From IMG/VR virus record IMGVR_UViG_3300042384_001374, positions 1 to 64,000 of that record: a stretch of 64,000 nucleotides of DNA, one strand, 5' to 3'. Origin of the DNA: a virus. A model generated the notes under the pieces. That model saw only the letters and a list, made by a program, of their open reading frames with translations, had not been told where the DNA came from and did no database searches. The position numbers and the translations under genes are program-made. Below, in pieces: positions 9,685 through 18,994 of this stretch (position 1 is the stretch's first letter; each line of letters begins with the position of its first letter).

Positions 9685-12006
9685 TCAGATTGATCCGGCA
9701 CGCTTGCGCTGCTGAGTGGTTTGCAAGTCCGCGTCTTTCGCGGCAATCTTGCCCATTGCTTCCTGAGCTGACAAAACTTGTTTTTGCTCCGACGCTTGTT
9801 TTCCAAGCTGCATCTTAAGCACGCCTTCCTGCATGATGTGTTGCAACTTCTGACCCTGCTTGGCTTCAGCAATGGACATTTCATTTGCCGCTTTGCGTTG
9901 AGCAATGGCTTCGTCGCTTTCGCCTTCCGGGCCAGCAGCCTGTTTGCCCTCTTCTTGGCTTTGCGCGTTGAGCATTTTTAGTCCGTTGACAACCAACTCG
10001 CCGATCTGCTGGACTTGCTGGCGGTATCCATTCAATTCCGACTGCACCGATTCGTGAACGCTGGTCATTTCGATGGTAGCAACGCAATGCGTGTAAAGCA
10101 TGTTGTGCTCCATCGTCCACGACATCAAATCGAGCTGGCCTTGATTCACTTGTTCAAGTTCGCCAGCAAGCTCCGGAATGTGGATGGACAAATGCGCCAT
10201 GTGGTCTTGACCGTCGCGTGGTTCCAAGAAGTCTCCTTCGAGAAGCTGGAAGTTTTCGACGTAGGCAATTGAGTGGTCGTAGGTTTCGCGCTTTTCGTTC
10301 GGCTTTCCAGCGTAACGTTCAGCCTTTTCGGGCCCGACAATCTCGCACATGTAATCGTATTCAAAGTTGGCCCGGCCCACTGCGTCAAAAGTGGAATACA
10401 TCTGCTGCATCTGATCATAAATCATCATCCGCGAAGCTCTGGAGCCAGTGCCGATGATGCGAGTGGCGCGAACGCGGTCAAAGTCGATGAGCTTGAACAT
10501 CTCGGCCGGAACGCCGCGATCCATGCAGCGTTGTTTCATTTCTTTGATGCGCTTGGCCCATGTCGGGTCTTTTTGACGAACGGTGTAAATGCGTCTGACT
10601 TGCTCTCGGGTGATGTTGTCGAGTGGGCCGTAGAACAAGTTGATGGCAAACGAATTCATCTTGTTCATGAAATCGAGCTTAGCCGACACTTCGGTTGTGG
10701 TCTCCCGCGAGTCTCTGTCTTGAAGCATCATCCCTCCTCCTGACATGCCGCCTGTCGCACGGTTCATCACGCCACGCGCTTCATTGAGCGCCGGAATCAC
10801 GTTGTTGTTCAGGTTTTGCCCCATTGGCTTCTCCGGAATCTTCATGTTTGGCGGCAGCATGATGCCCCAGCCAGCGTCGATGCTCTGCATATCCTGCGCG
10901 TCGTCCATGGAAGCAGGCTGCAAAATCAAAGAACCTCCGACACGGGCGTTGTCGAAGGTCTTGCAAGTGAGGATGTCGATGGCGTTGCAAAGCTGGTAAA
11001 TGATGTAGCCCATGCCGCGAACGGTGTAAATCAAGCCGCCGTTGCCCACCGAGAAAGCCATGATTTGGAGGAATTGCCCCATTTCGTCGTAGCGACCTTC
11101 GCACTTGTAAATGAAGTCTTCCTTCCAATTGGTATGGCTTTCGGAAAGTGCCGTTTTAGCCGCAATGTAGTAACTTATTTTGCCGTTAAATTCCTTCACC
11201 CACAAATGAACCACCTCAATAGGCGGGCAAATGCAGTCGATGTAGACTTCGTTGGCCTTCATTTCCTGCTGCACTTTTTCCCAGTCGTTCCAGTCAGAAT
11301 TCCCGGATTTTTCGGTGCTTTGCAAGATGGCGAGGCGAATTGCTTTTTCGTTCCAGTCGGGGTCGGTGCCGATTTTGTTGAATAAGTCGGCCGCGCCGTA
11401 AGTTCCTCGTGCCGTGCAGAGTTGCACTTTGTTGGTGATGATCGGGGTGTTGCGGGGAAACTTGAAGTGGTCGAGCCCGGCTACTGAATAATACGGATTT
11501 TCGCGGTCGTCAAAGTAAGGAATGGCGACGCCATGGGTCGAATAGATGTCGCACATCAAGTTGAAGCTGGCCAGCGATTCGCCGCCGTCGTTACGGATCA
11601 GGTCGGTGTATTCTTCGGCCATCACCTTGCTCCACGTCTCGGCGTATTGCTGGTCCACCTCGCGTTTGAGCGGGATGGAGGCGAGCAACTTGGGAGTGGT
11701 GAAAATGTCCACCAGTCCGGCCGTCGCTTCGTTGGTAACAGTGGCGTTCTCCCCGGTGGTGATGTTGAAACGGTCGGACTGGCCTTTGTTCTCAAGTTCC
11801 TTTTCGTTGTGCGGGCCGTGGAAGTCCTTTTGCGCCTGCACCAGCGAGCGGTTGTAAGACCCAGCCTCGTCATCGAGCGCCAGCTTGCGGTGGATGGCCC
11901 TAACCGCCTCCGGCGTGCTGATCCGGCTTTTCGGTTCTTCGAGCGTTTCCGGGTCGAGGGTTCGCAACTCGTCCAATTGTTGTTCGCTTTGGGTGAAAAG
12001 TGACAT
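9685..12006 (-). CDS. Portal protein (putative)
   Basis: 773 aa, helical, with a long Gln-rich coiled-coil C-terminus as in P22-like portals; canonical position after the terminase. Confidence 0.7.
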   Translation of the reverse strand: MSLFTQSEQQLDELRTLDPETLEEPKSRISTPEAVRAIHRKLALDDEAGSYNRSLVQAQKDFHGPHNEKELENKGQSDRFNITTGENATVTNEATAGLVDIFTTPKLLASIPLKREVDQQYAETWSKVMAEEYTDLIRNDGGESLASFNLMCDIYSTHGVAIPYFDDRENPYYSVAGLDHFKFPRNTPIITNKVQLCTARGTYGAADLFNKIGTDPDWNEKAIRLAILQSTEKSGNSDWNDWEKVQQEMKANEVYIDCICPPIEVVHLWVKEFNGKISYYIAAKTALSESHTNWKEDFIYKCEGRYDEMGQFLQIMAFSVGNGGLIYTVRGMGYIIYQLCNAIDILTCKTFDNARVGGSLILQPASMDDAQDMQSIDAGWGIMLPPNMKIPEKPMGQNLNNNVIPALNEARGVMNRATGGMSGGGMMLQDRDSRETTTEVSAKLDFMNKMNSFAINLFYGPLDNITREQVRRIYTVRQKDPTWAKRIKEMKQRCMDRGVPAEMFKLIDFDRVRATRIIGTGSRASRMMIYDQMQQMYSTFDAVGRANFEYDYMCEIVGPEKAERYAGKPNEKRETYDHSIAYVENFQLLEGDFLEPRDGQDHMAHLSIHIPELAGELEQVNQGQLDLMSWTMEHNMLYTHCVATIEMTSVHESVQSELNGYRQQVQQIGELVVNGLKMLNAQSQEEGKQAAGPEGESDEAIAQRKAANEMSIAEAKQGQKLQHIMQEGVLKMQLGKQASEQKQVLSAQEAMGKIAAKDADLQTTQQRKRAGSI

Positions 12007-12036
12007 ATGGGTCGATTAACGGATCTGGCAAATAAT

Positions 12037-12294
12037 TTAGGCTGGATTGGCAATGACAATTGCCGTGCCGGTAACCGCTGTGACAACAATGGCAAGCTCG
12101 GAGTGGGCTCCATAATTGATCACGGCTTGCTCGGCAGTCAGGGTGACCGGGGTTGCAAATGCTTGGTAAGTACCCGGCGCGGTCAGATACTTGACGGTTG
12201 CCGTGATGGTGCCGGATGTGGCGAAATAGCATGTTTTTCCCGGCGCAATATCCACAAGATAAGTTCCGGTAGCGGTGATGGTGAGCTTTTGCAT
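12037..12294 (-). CDS. Small beta-rich hypothetical virion protein
   Basis: 85-aa ORF between terminase and portal. Confidence 0.5.
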   Translation of the reverse strand: MQKLTITATGTYLVDIAPGKTCYFATSGTITATVKYLTAPGTYQAFATPVTLTAEQAVINYGAHSELAIVVTAVTGTAIVIANPA

Positions 12295-12440
12295 AAAAGG
12301 GTGGGGTTACTACCCATTGACAGCGGGAGTGCCACTGTCTTGCTGAATCTACGGAGAATGTCAAGAAATCCTGCATAGATGACGGATTTCCATTCTGGTG
12401 TAATGGGTAACATCTGCCTGATTTTAGCCGCAGCTAAAAC

Positions 12441-15338
12441 TCAACGCCGCATTTTGCTGCCGCAAGTAGTCGTCAAACCGATCTTCTGCTTCACTTTTTC
12501 CCAGCCCCGGTTGGCCATCTTGCTGACCTTCTTCACTTCCTCTGAACGAAAGCGTCCCTTAGTGACAGCCTTCTCCACCAACAACAGGAAGGCGTCAGCG
12601 CGGTCGGGCGATTTTTTCAGCCGCTTCTTCGCTTCGTCCTTACCCTCCACCCGCACGGTGCGGCCTTCCTTGGCGTGATACTCGCGCTCCACCAGCTCGG
12701 CCATCGTCTCAATTGACAATCCGCTGATCTGGTTGGAACGGATGAACTCGGCCGGTTGAATCCACAACTCTGAGTTTTTGTTGTAATAGGTGCAGTCTTC
12801 GTTGCGAAAAAGCACGGTGCGGTCGGACGCCTTGCCTTGGAAATTGACCTTCTGCACCGCAGGCGACCACTCCACGTCCACGATGTGCCCAAACGGAGTG
12901 CCCGCTCCGGTGTTGTCGTGGATGGCGTCGCACGGTTTTACTCCCATTTGGATGCCCATGTCCCGCCACTTGCGAATAATCTGGTAGCTGAGCGGGGTGG
13001 TCTTGTCGGTGATGTCGTCCTCGATGGTGGTTTCAAGGCAAACGTGCAGATGATCGCGGCCGTTTACCTTCCCAAGCTTGCCGAAAGCCGCTTGCGAACG
13101 GTCGCCGCCGCGTGAAAACGACGGGTCCAGCGATTCGAGAATTTCCGGATGCGTGTCCCACGCTGGTTCGATTTGGCTCAGGGCGCACGAAATGAGAAAC
13201 TCAGTTTCGGAGTAGATCGAATTGGCGGAACCGTCCGGGCACCAGAACGCCTTGACGAACCGGTAGTAACCCCGCGACTTCTTGCCGCCTCGTTGACCCG
13301 CAATGCGGTCGCAATACGCCTGATCCGGCTGCCAATGAAACTTGTGTCCATCCGGGTGGGTAATGCGCGGGCTTTCTTCAGCATTAAAGCGCACGCATTT
13401 GCCGTATTTGGTGCGCCAACGCATCTGGGATTCGTTCACCGACTTCCAGCCCTCGTCAGGTTCGCAGAGGTCGCCGAATGGATCGGTGAGCTTGTCCGGG
13501 TTGGCCATGCCTGCAAATGTCAAAGTTTCGTTGGAAATCAAGTTTTCGGAAGCAGTCTTAAGGATACCCGGATGCAGCTCGTTGAACTCGTCCGCCGCCA
13601 CAACCACCACCGGGTTCTTGATTCCGAGCAGCTCTTTGGATGCTTCCTCCCCGTCTGCTTTGCCCGCCGCCTTAAGCACGATGCCCGAGTTGCGCCACAG
13701 TTTGCCGTTGGCATCCACTCCCTTAATGTAGCCGTCCGAGTCAATGAGCTTGCCGGGACAACCCATGATGGACGCCTGCCCCCACAATTGAGTGAGCGAC
13801 TTCCAAACCCGCATTCGAGCGTCTTGTTTGGTGGTAGACATGATGATGAACCAAGTCTCAGACGGGCGACCCCAGTAGGCCATCAACCCGTAAAGAGCCA
13901 CCGCGTCGCTCTTGCCCGAGTTGTGATGAATTACCCCTTCCGCAAAGTAGTGCCCCTGAATTGGCACGGTCACATCGTAGAACTCGCAAATCCCAAGATT
14001 GGTGATTGACTCCACCTGTGGAAGTGAGACCATCAAATACGATGAAACATCAGAATAAAGGCTGGAGCAAGCATGTGGAACGGAATCAAAAAATTGCGGA
14101 TCTGTTCCGAGAGATGAAAAGCACCCGTCTGGTTGCTGACGAGGTTGGAATGTCGGTGAAAATGATTGGCTATATCCTGAACCGGCAGGGCATTCCGACA
14201 CCAAGGACTGGAATGCGCTGTAACCCTTACGCAGCTTGCGACCGAAACTCAGCGCTAGTGCTAAAAATGTGCTCCGAAAGCTCCACTCTGAACGAGATGG
14301 CGGAGGCAGTTGGAACCGTAGGGCGGGAGGTGAAGAAATTCCTTCGTCGGAATGGCGTGACAAAAGAGTTTCCAAAAGCTCCGCACACCGGAGATCGTCA
14401 TCACCAATGGAAGGGCCGGACGGTGGACAAGGACGGCTACATTCTGATTCATCACAAAGGTCATCCGAATGCGCGGAAGCACAGCCACTTTGTTCTGGAA
14501 CATCGTCTGGTGATGGAAAGCGCTCTAGGCAGGCATCTATTGCCAACTGAAGTCGTTCATCACCGCGATGGAAATAAGCAGAACAACCAGATTGAAAATC
14601 TCCAGTTGTTTGCAAGCAATGGAGAGCATCTTGAAGTGGACCTTGCTGGACGGTGCCCGAAATGGAGCGAGGAAGGGAAGGCTCGTATCCTAGAAGCGAC
14701 GCGCCAACGCTGGCTTCGCGAGCACGCTTCCAGCCGTCCGGAGTCAGAATTAAGTGGTCTCCAGTGCATTTGAACGATTTTCCATTGCTGAGCCGAAATT
14801 CAAACATCTCGGCCTTTCCTTTGAGGTAAGGAGTTTCGGCCAGCTCCGGACCATTCAGCGTCATAACCCACGGTCGCTCACCCGCATCAGAGAGTTCTTT
14901 GATCGTCGGTTCCTCCCATGTGGTCGGATCAAAAATCCGGGTGTCTCCTGAAACGCAAGACGAGCACCCGGCATAGCCGACAAAATTCTTCTCTCCCTTA
15001 TCGGTGATGCACTCGCGCAAAATCGTCTCGGTCCATTCGTTCCAGATAATACGCCTGATCGAGCCGGGGCAGTTGAACGACAGGTCGATGGCTCGGCGTA
15101 GGTAACGCCAGCGGTCGTCCTTGGTCGGCGGTGCACCCGTGCGAGAGCCTCCACGCCACTCAGCTTGGAAGCACATGAACAGACAGGCCGTCAGCTCGGA
15201 CGTTCCATTCGGAAAACCAGCCCCGTCCAACCAAACCGAGCCATCGGCATCAACTGTGTAAGGCGCAGGTTCAAAGAGCCCTTGCGGGCTGGGCGCTATC
15301 GCTGTGGTCATGCCTTCCACTACCAGACATTCAACCAA
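12441..15338 (-). CDS. terL: Terminase large subunit containing an intein
   Basis: Walker A is split by the intein (YAGCSS|SGKS). Also has Walker B VVVAADE, nuclease motif SLDPSFSRGGD and C-terminal KSPDRADA. Confidence 0.9.
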   Translation of the reverse strand: MVECLVVEGMTTAIAPSPQGLFEPAPYTVDADGSVWLDGAGFPNGTSELTACLFMCFQAEWRGGSRTGAPPTKDDRWRYLRRAIDLSFNCPGSIRRIIWNEWTETILRECITDKGEKNFVGYAGCSSCVSGDTRIFDPTTWEEPTIKELSDAGERPWVMTLNGPELAETPYLKGKAEMFEFRLSNGKSFKCTGDHLILTPDGWKRAREASVGASLLGYEPSLPRSISGTVQQGPLQDALHCLQTTGDFQSGCSAYFHRGDERLQLAIDACLERFPSPDDVPEQSGCASAHSDDLCDESECSRPCPPSGPSIGDDDLRCAELLETLLSRHSDEGISSPPALRFQLPPPSRSEWSFRSTFLALALSFGRKLRKGYSAFQSLVSECPAGSGYSQSFSPTFQPRQQPDGCFSSLGTDPQFFDSVPHACSSLYSDVSSYLMVSLPQVESITNLGICEFYDVTVPIQGHYFAEGVIHHNSGKSDAVALYGLMAYWGRPSETWFIIMSTTKQDARMRVWKSLTQLWGQASIMGCPGKLIDSDGYIKGVDANGKLWRNSGIVLKAAGKADGEEASKELLGIKNPVVVVAADEFNELHPGILKTASENLISNETLTFAGMANPDKLTDPFGDLCEPDEGWKSVNESQMRWRTKYGKCVRFNAEESPRITHPDGHKFHWQPDQAYCDRIAGQRGGKKSRGYYRFVKAFWCPDGSANSIYSETEFLISCALSQIEPAWDTHPEILESLDPSFSRGGDRSQAAFGKLGKVNGRDHLHVCLETTIEDDITDKTTPLSYQIIRKWRDMGIQMGVKPCDAIHDNTGAGTPFGHIVDVEWSPAVQKVNFQGKASDRTVLFRNEDCTYYNKNSELWIQPAEFIRSNQISGLSIETMAELVEREYHAKEGRTVRVEGKDEAKKRLKKSPDRADAFLLLVEKAVTKGRFRSEEVKKVSKMANRGWEKVKQKIGLTTTCGSKMRR
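13920..14957 (-). mobile_element. Intein (346 aa) inserted in the terminase Walker A motif
   Basis: N-terminus CVSGDTRI, block B KCTGDHLILTPDGW, C-terminus FYDVTVPIQGHYFAEGVIHHN followed by Ser +1. Confidence 0.93.
14042..14773 (+). CDS. HNH homing endonuclease encoded antisense inside the intein
   Basis: HQWKGRTVDKDGYILI..HP..VLEHRLVMESALGRHLLPTEVVHHRDGNKQNNQIENLQL is an HNH_3-type motif, preceded by two HTH-like segments. ATG 14042, 243 aa. Confidence 0.9.
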   Translation: MKHQNKGWSKHVERNQKIADLFREMKSTRLVADEVGMSVKMIGYILNRQGIPTPRTGMRCNPYAACDRNSALVLKMCSESSTLNEMAEAVGTVGREVKKFLRRNGVTKEFPKAPHTGDRHHQWKGRTVDKDGYILIHHKGHPNARKHSHFVLEHRLVMESALGRHLLPTEVVHHRDGNKQNNQIENLQLFASNGEHLEVDLAGRCPKWSEEGKARILEATRQRWLREHASSRPESELSGLQCI

Positions 15339-15352
15339 CCGAAAAGACTTTT

Positions 15353-15607
15353 TTAGCCACGACTAAAATCGCACTTCGGCAACATAGACGCAAGTTTGTC
15401 AAATTCAGCTCGATTCCTTTCGATCCAGACGCGCTCCACTTCTTCTTGAAAGAATCGAATTACCTCACGCATCTGATTCCTCTTTATCTCACTCGTTGCA
15501 GCGACGCTAGGAGCCGCTTGAACTTCAACTGCGGCACATAGTGAGGGAGCGATAAACGGAGCGCTCACAGCGCCCGTCAGCAGGGTAAAGAAGGAACGTC
15601 TTTTCAT
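15353..15607 (-). CDS. Small protein with twin-arginine-like signal peptide
   Basis: MKRRSFFTLLTGAVSAPFIAPSLCAA. Confidence 0.5.
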   Translation of the reverse strand: MKRRSFFTLLTGAVSAPFIAPSLCAAVEVQAAPSVAATSEIKRNQMREVIRFFQEEVERVWIERNRAEFDKLASMLPKCDFSRG

Positions 15608-15656
15608 GGTGGTGGAAAAAAACCGGGCTGGCCGCAGTTCAACACATCCTCTCCAC

Positions 15657-16001
15657 CTAGTCAATCCCGCTTTCATCGTTCTCGTTTTCGTTTTGGCAGA
15701 CTTGGCAAATGCACGAATACCCGGTGTTTACGCCGCCTTTTTCAATCAACTCTTTCACCTCGGCGTCCGACAAATCCATTTCCTCTTTCATCTGATTCAG
15801 CAGCTCAACCGGGGCGTTCTCATATGACCCCGGCGCTTCCCCATGCCACGTTAAATCCTCCCCCTCCCAGTCCACCGCAAACCCGGTTTCAAGCATGCAT
15901 TCCGGATCAGCCGGGAACTCCGCTCCACACCAGTCACAAAGCCACAGCACGGGTTCAAGTTCCATAAACCGCATTCCAGACCCAGATATCTTGAATGTCA
16001 A
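15657..16001 (-). CDS. Hypothetical acidic Zn-binding protein
   Basis: CDWC and CICQVC motifs; true start uncertain. Confidence 0.5.
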   Translation of the reverse strand: MTFKISGSGMRFMELEPVLWLCDWCGAEFPADPECMLETGFAVDWEGEDLTWHGEAPGSYENAPVELLNQMKEEMDLSDAEVKELIEKGGVNTGYSCICQVCQNENENDESGID

Positions 16002-16529
16002 GCTGTCGGTAATTCTTTAGCCACGGCTAAAACCCAGTTGCCAATCACCCATGAACATCAAACCGCTTTGTCGCTCACCAAACGTCAATCCGCGTACATC
16101 AAACGAATTTTTTTAGCCGGGATTTTTTTATTTTTCGTGAGTGATTTTTTCTGAATCTGTCACATGGAACCCATGCTGTCATCCTCGTCCCTGTGACATC
16201 TCGCGCAACAGAGGAGACACCCGTCGCCCCTGCAAGCCACTGAGATACAACACAACACCAATAGAACGATACGACAATGAACAAGATCAACATCACCATC
16301 CAACAGTCAGCCTACCACGCACAGCTTCAGAACCTTGAGACACGAAGACTCAGCATCCTTGCGTTGGCGCGCACTGGCACACCTGATGTGCCTGCGGGTA
16401 ACGCTAATGGTCAGGGTCCACTCATTGATGCACTCAAGGAAGTAGAACGTGAGATGGCGCGGGTATTCACGCTGTCGATGACGAGCTGGCATTGACTGCA
16501 TCGCGGAGCCTGACCGCACAACAGGCAGT

Positions 16530-16832
16530 TTACCACTTGGCTTTGTCGGCCCAGTAGGCTGCACTCATCTTGCCCTTGGCGATGTTCTTGCCGTGGCGTG
16601 ACTTGAAGCTCGCACGCTTGTCCTTCATCGCTTGGGATTCACCCTTCTTCGGAGCGCCTGCGGTCTTTGCGCCTTGCTCGCCAAAGCGGATGGTCTTCAC
16701 CTTCTCACCCACCTTGGCCACTACGATGTGGCTCTTTTTCGGGTGGGCGGGTGTGCGCTTCGGTTTGTTGACGCCGCTGACTCCGGCTCTCTTGACTGCG
16801 GATGCGGCTTTACTGGTTGGCTTTGCGCTCAT
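16530..16832 (-). CDS. Conserved basic phage protein
   Basis: KTIRFGEQG...RASFKSRHGKNIAKGKMSAAYWADKAKW, a Lys-rich motif recurrent in aquatic phages. Confidence 0.65.
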   Translation of the reverse strand: MSAKPTSKAASAVKRAGVSGVNKPKRTPAHPKKSHIVVAKVGEKVKTIRFGEQGAKTAGAPKKGESQAMKDKRASFKSRHGKNIAKGKMSAAYWADKAKW

Positions 16833-17465
16833 GCAGCAAGCGTAAAACAAAGCGCCAATCGCATGCAATCCTTTTCCCTCGCTCGGTGGACACCACTGAG
16901 CCCTCTAGGGAATCTAGAGACACGCACCAGCCGTGAACCTACGCTGGCTTTACACGTATGAAAGACATCATCTATGAACTGGGTCAAGTGGCCCTGAAGA
17001 CCATTTGGCTCGCCTTGGCGGTTGCAGCCGTCATCGGTGTGCTCAAGGCAATGTCTTGGGCCGACACTGGTATGCGCACCCTTGGCATCGAGGAGGTGCA
17101 GCCATGATCCACTATTCGTCGCCCGATTGGGTAGGTGAGATGCTGGTCATGCTTTACGGCGGTGAGCAGTTGGAGTTTGAGTTTTAGCCACGGCTAAACG
17201 AGTTGGAGCGCCAGTCAATTGGCTGGTGTCTCCTTCTCCTTTCGGGTGCGCGGGTCGAGAGCTAGGCTCTCCCTGCGGTGGTTGGTTTGGGCTGGGCCCT
17301 GAATCCCCAGTCGTGATCCCATCCCATCCCGTATTGTATTTACGATATCAATCATTCTGAGAGGTAAGAGGCTGCTGCTTATTGTCTTTATTGGTCGTCT
17401 GAGGGTTCTCAGGCACTTCGCGCTATTGCGAAGGCAAGACCAATGCGACACAACCACACACGTCC

Positions 17466-17711
17466 ATGAGCCGATACATCACCACCACCAAGTCAGGTCA
17501 GTCCTTCAGCTACGGATTCGACGACTGCGGCATTCCCGGATACTTCCTGTCCAACGACGAGTCTGATTACGACACACGCGCCTTCATGGCTGACGAGGAT
17601 TGCTGCCTCTCACGCGGCCAAATTCTCGACATGATGAACTTCATCAACGAGATTGGCGGCTTTATCCCACAAGCTCACATCGACGCCATTGCGCTCGATC
17701 TGCCTTTTTAA
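17466..17711 (+). CDS. Hypothetical acidic protein
   Basis: 81-aa ORF with an AC-rich leader like other genes in this genome. Confidence 0.55.
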   Translation: MSRYITTTKSGQSFSYGFDDCGIPGYFLSNDESDYDTRAFMADEDCCLSRGQILDMMNFINEIGGFIPQAHIDAIALDLPF

Positions 17712-18059
17712 ACGACTGTTTGACACTTCGCAGAGTGGCCCTTCGGGGTTAATGCGGCAGTCAGGTCACACTGGCTCTGGTCACAAGCCCAGACAACAAA
17801 AATAGTTTTGAAGTGGTTTCATTGATAACACAGTCACTTGTGAATCCTTAGTAAACCACTCAAGTTACTATTGTCTTGATCTAACGCTGACCCTCCCACT
17901 ATCCTTGGTACAGCGCTAAGCGGGTGTGCACCTCGCCTAATCTCCTCGCTTCAACTCAAATTCATCACACAGGGAAGGCTTAAGAGTCTTATTTGAACCC
18001 CTGATTACTTCAGTATTCCGAATGGTTCGCCTGATTTGCAGCTTGGCTAAAACGTACAC

Positions 18060-18533
18060 TCAGTCATCAGACACGCGAGGGGAGAAGCCGACAGCGGTAA
18101 GGATGGCAAGGTTGACGTTACCGGACGATTGGTTTTCCTCGGGAGGGGTGATGGCTTCGTTCATGAGCTTGGCGGCTATTGCGGCCTCGCCGAACGACTG
18201 CGGGACGGGAGCCATAGCGAAGAAGCGTTCAAGCGACTTCTTGGCCCCTTGGAAAACGGTTTCTCGTGCCTGTTCCTTGCGAGCGACCCACACGGTGGCT
18301 GCTGCGGCTGCGGGATCGTCCTTAGAGAGTTCGCCGCGCACGCCACGTTGGATGCGTGCAGGGGTGCACCATTGCTCTTGTGAGGCGCGGTCCTTGATGG
18401 TTTGCACGACCACGGGATACTGCGATGCAATGGCTTCGTAGGCTTCGCCGGATTCGGCGCGGGCCTTAACTTCGAGCCACTGCGTCTTGCTCATCTTCGG
18501 TTTAGCCTCTGGCTGTGGTGTGCTGTCATCCAT
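18060..18533 (-). CDS. Terminase small subunit-like HTH protein
   Basis: WLEVKARAESGEAYEAIASQYPVVVQTIKDRASQEQW is an N-terminal HTH; same strand as and upstream of terL. Confidence 0.55.
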   Translation of the reverse strand: MDDSTPQPEAKPKMSKTQWLEVKARAESGEAYEAIASQYPVVVQTIKDRASQEQWCTPARIQRGVRGELSKDDPAAAAATVWVARKEQARETVFQGAKKSLERFFAMAPVPQSFGEAAIAAKLMNEAITPPEENQSSGNVNLAILTAVGFSPRVSDD

Positions 18534-18994
18534 GCGCGATGCTTACCATTCTCTCTCATCCGCTGCAATGCTCTTTCCTTGCCCTGCTGCAATGCCTGTG
18601 GCGCGTTTAAATGCGCGTCCGGGCACTGTGTCCCCAAACCACTCTCCAAACCATAGAATCCACACGTATGACCACACAACAAGCCATCCAAACCAATGCC
18701 AACATCTCCTACATCGAACCCGGTGATGACGGCATTACACCAGTAACCATTACTGTCAGCGCATGGGAAGCCATCGCTCTCACCGCACCATCGTATGCAC
18801 GCGCCAACCTCAAACTCCGAACCAATGGGCAGGACATTCTCCAACCCACATTCGAGCAAATGCTTGACGACTACCTCGTCGTTCACTGGGCAACCATCCA
18901 GCCTTTTAGCCGTGGCTAAAATCAAACGCCTCTCATAGCCCTTCGGGCGTGAGAAGCAACCACTCTCCCAAACAAAGAAAGACACACGCACCAA

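Noticed and set aside
17736-17750. GGCCCTTCGGGGTT as an eighth hairpin promoter-like element
   Set aside because: Pairs best as a UUCG tetraloop and lacks the AGC start and downstream purine tract.
16000-18050. Genome terminus or pac site in the ORF-poor region near terS
   Set aside because: Plausible from position, but no terminal repeat or other direct evidence is visible.
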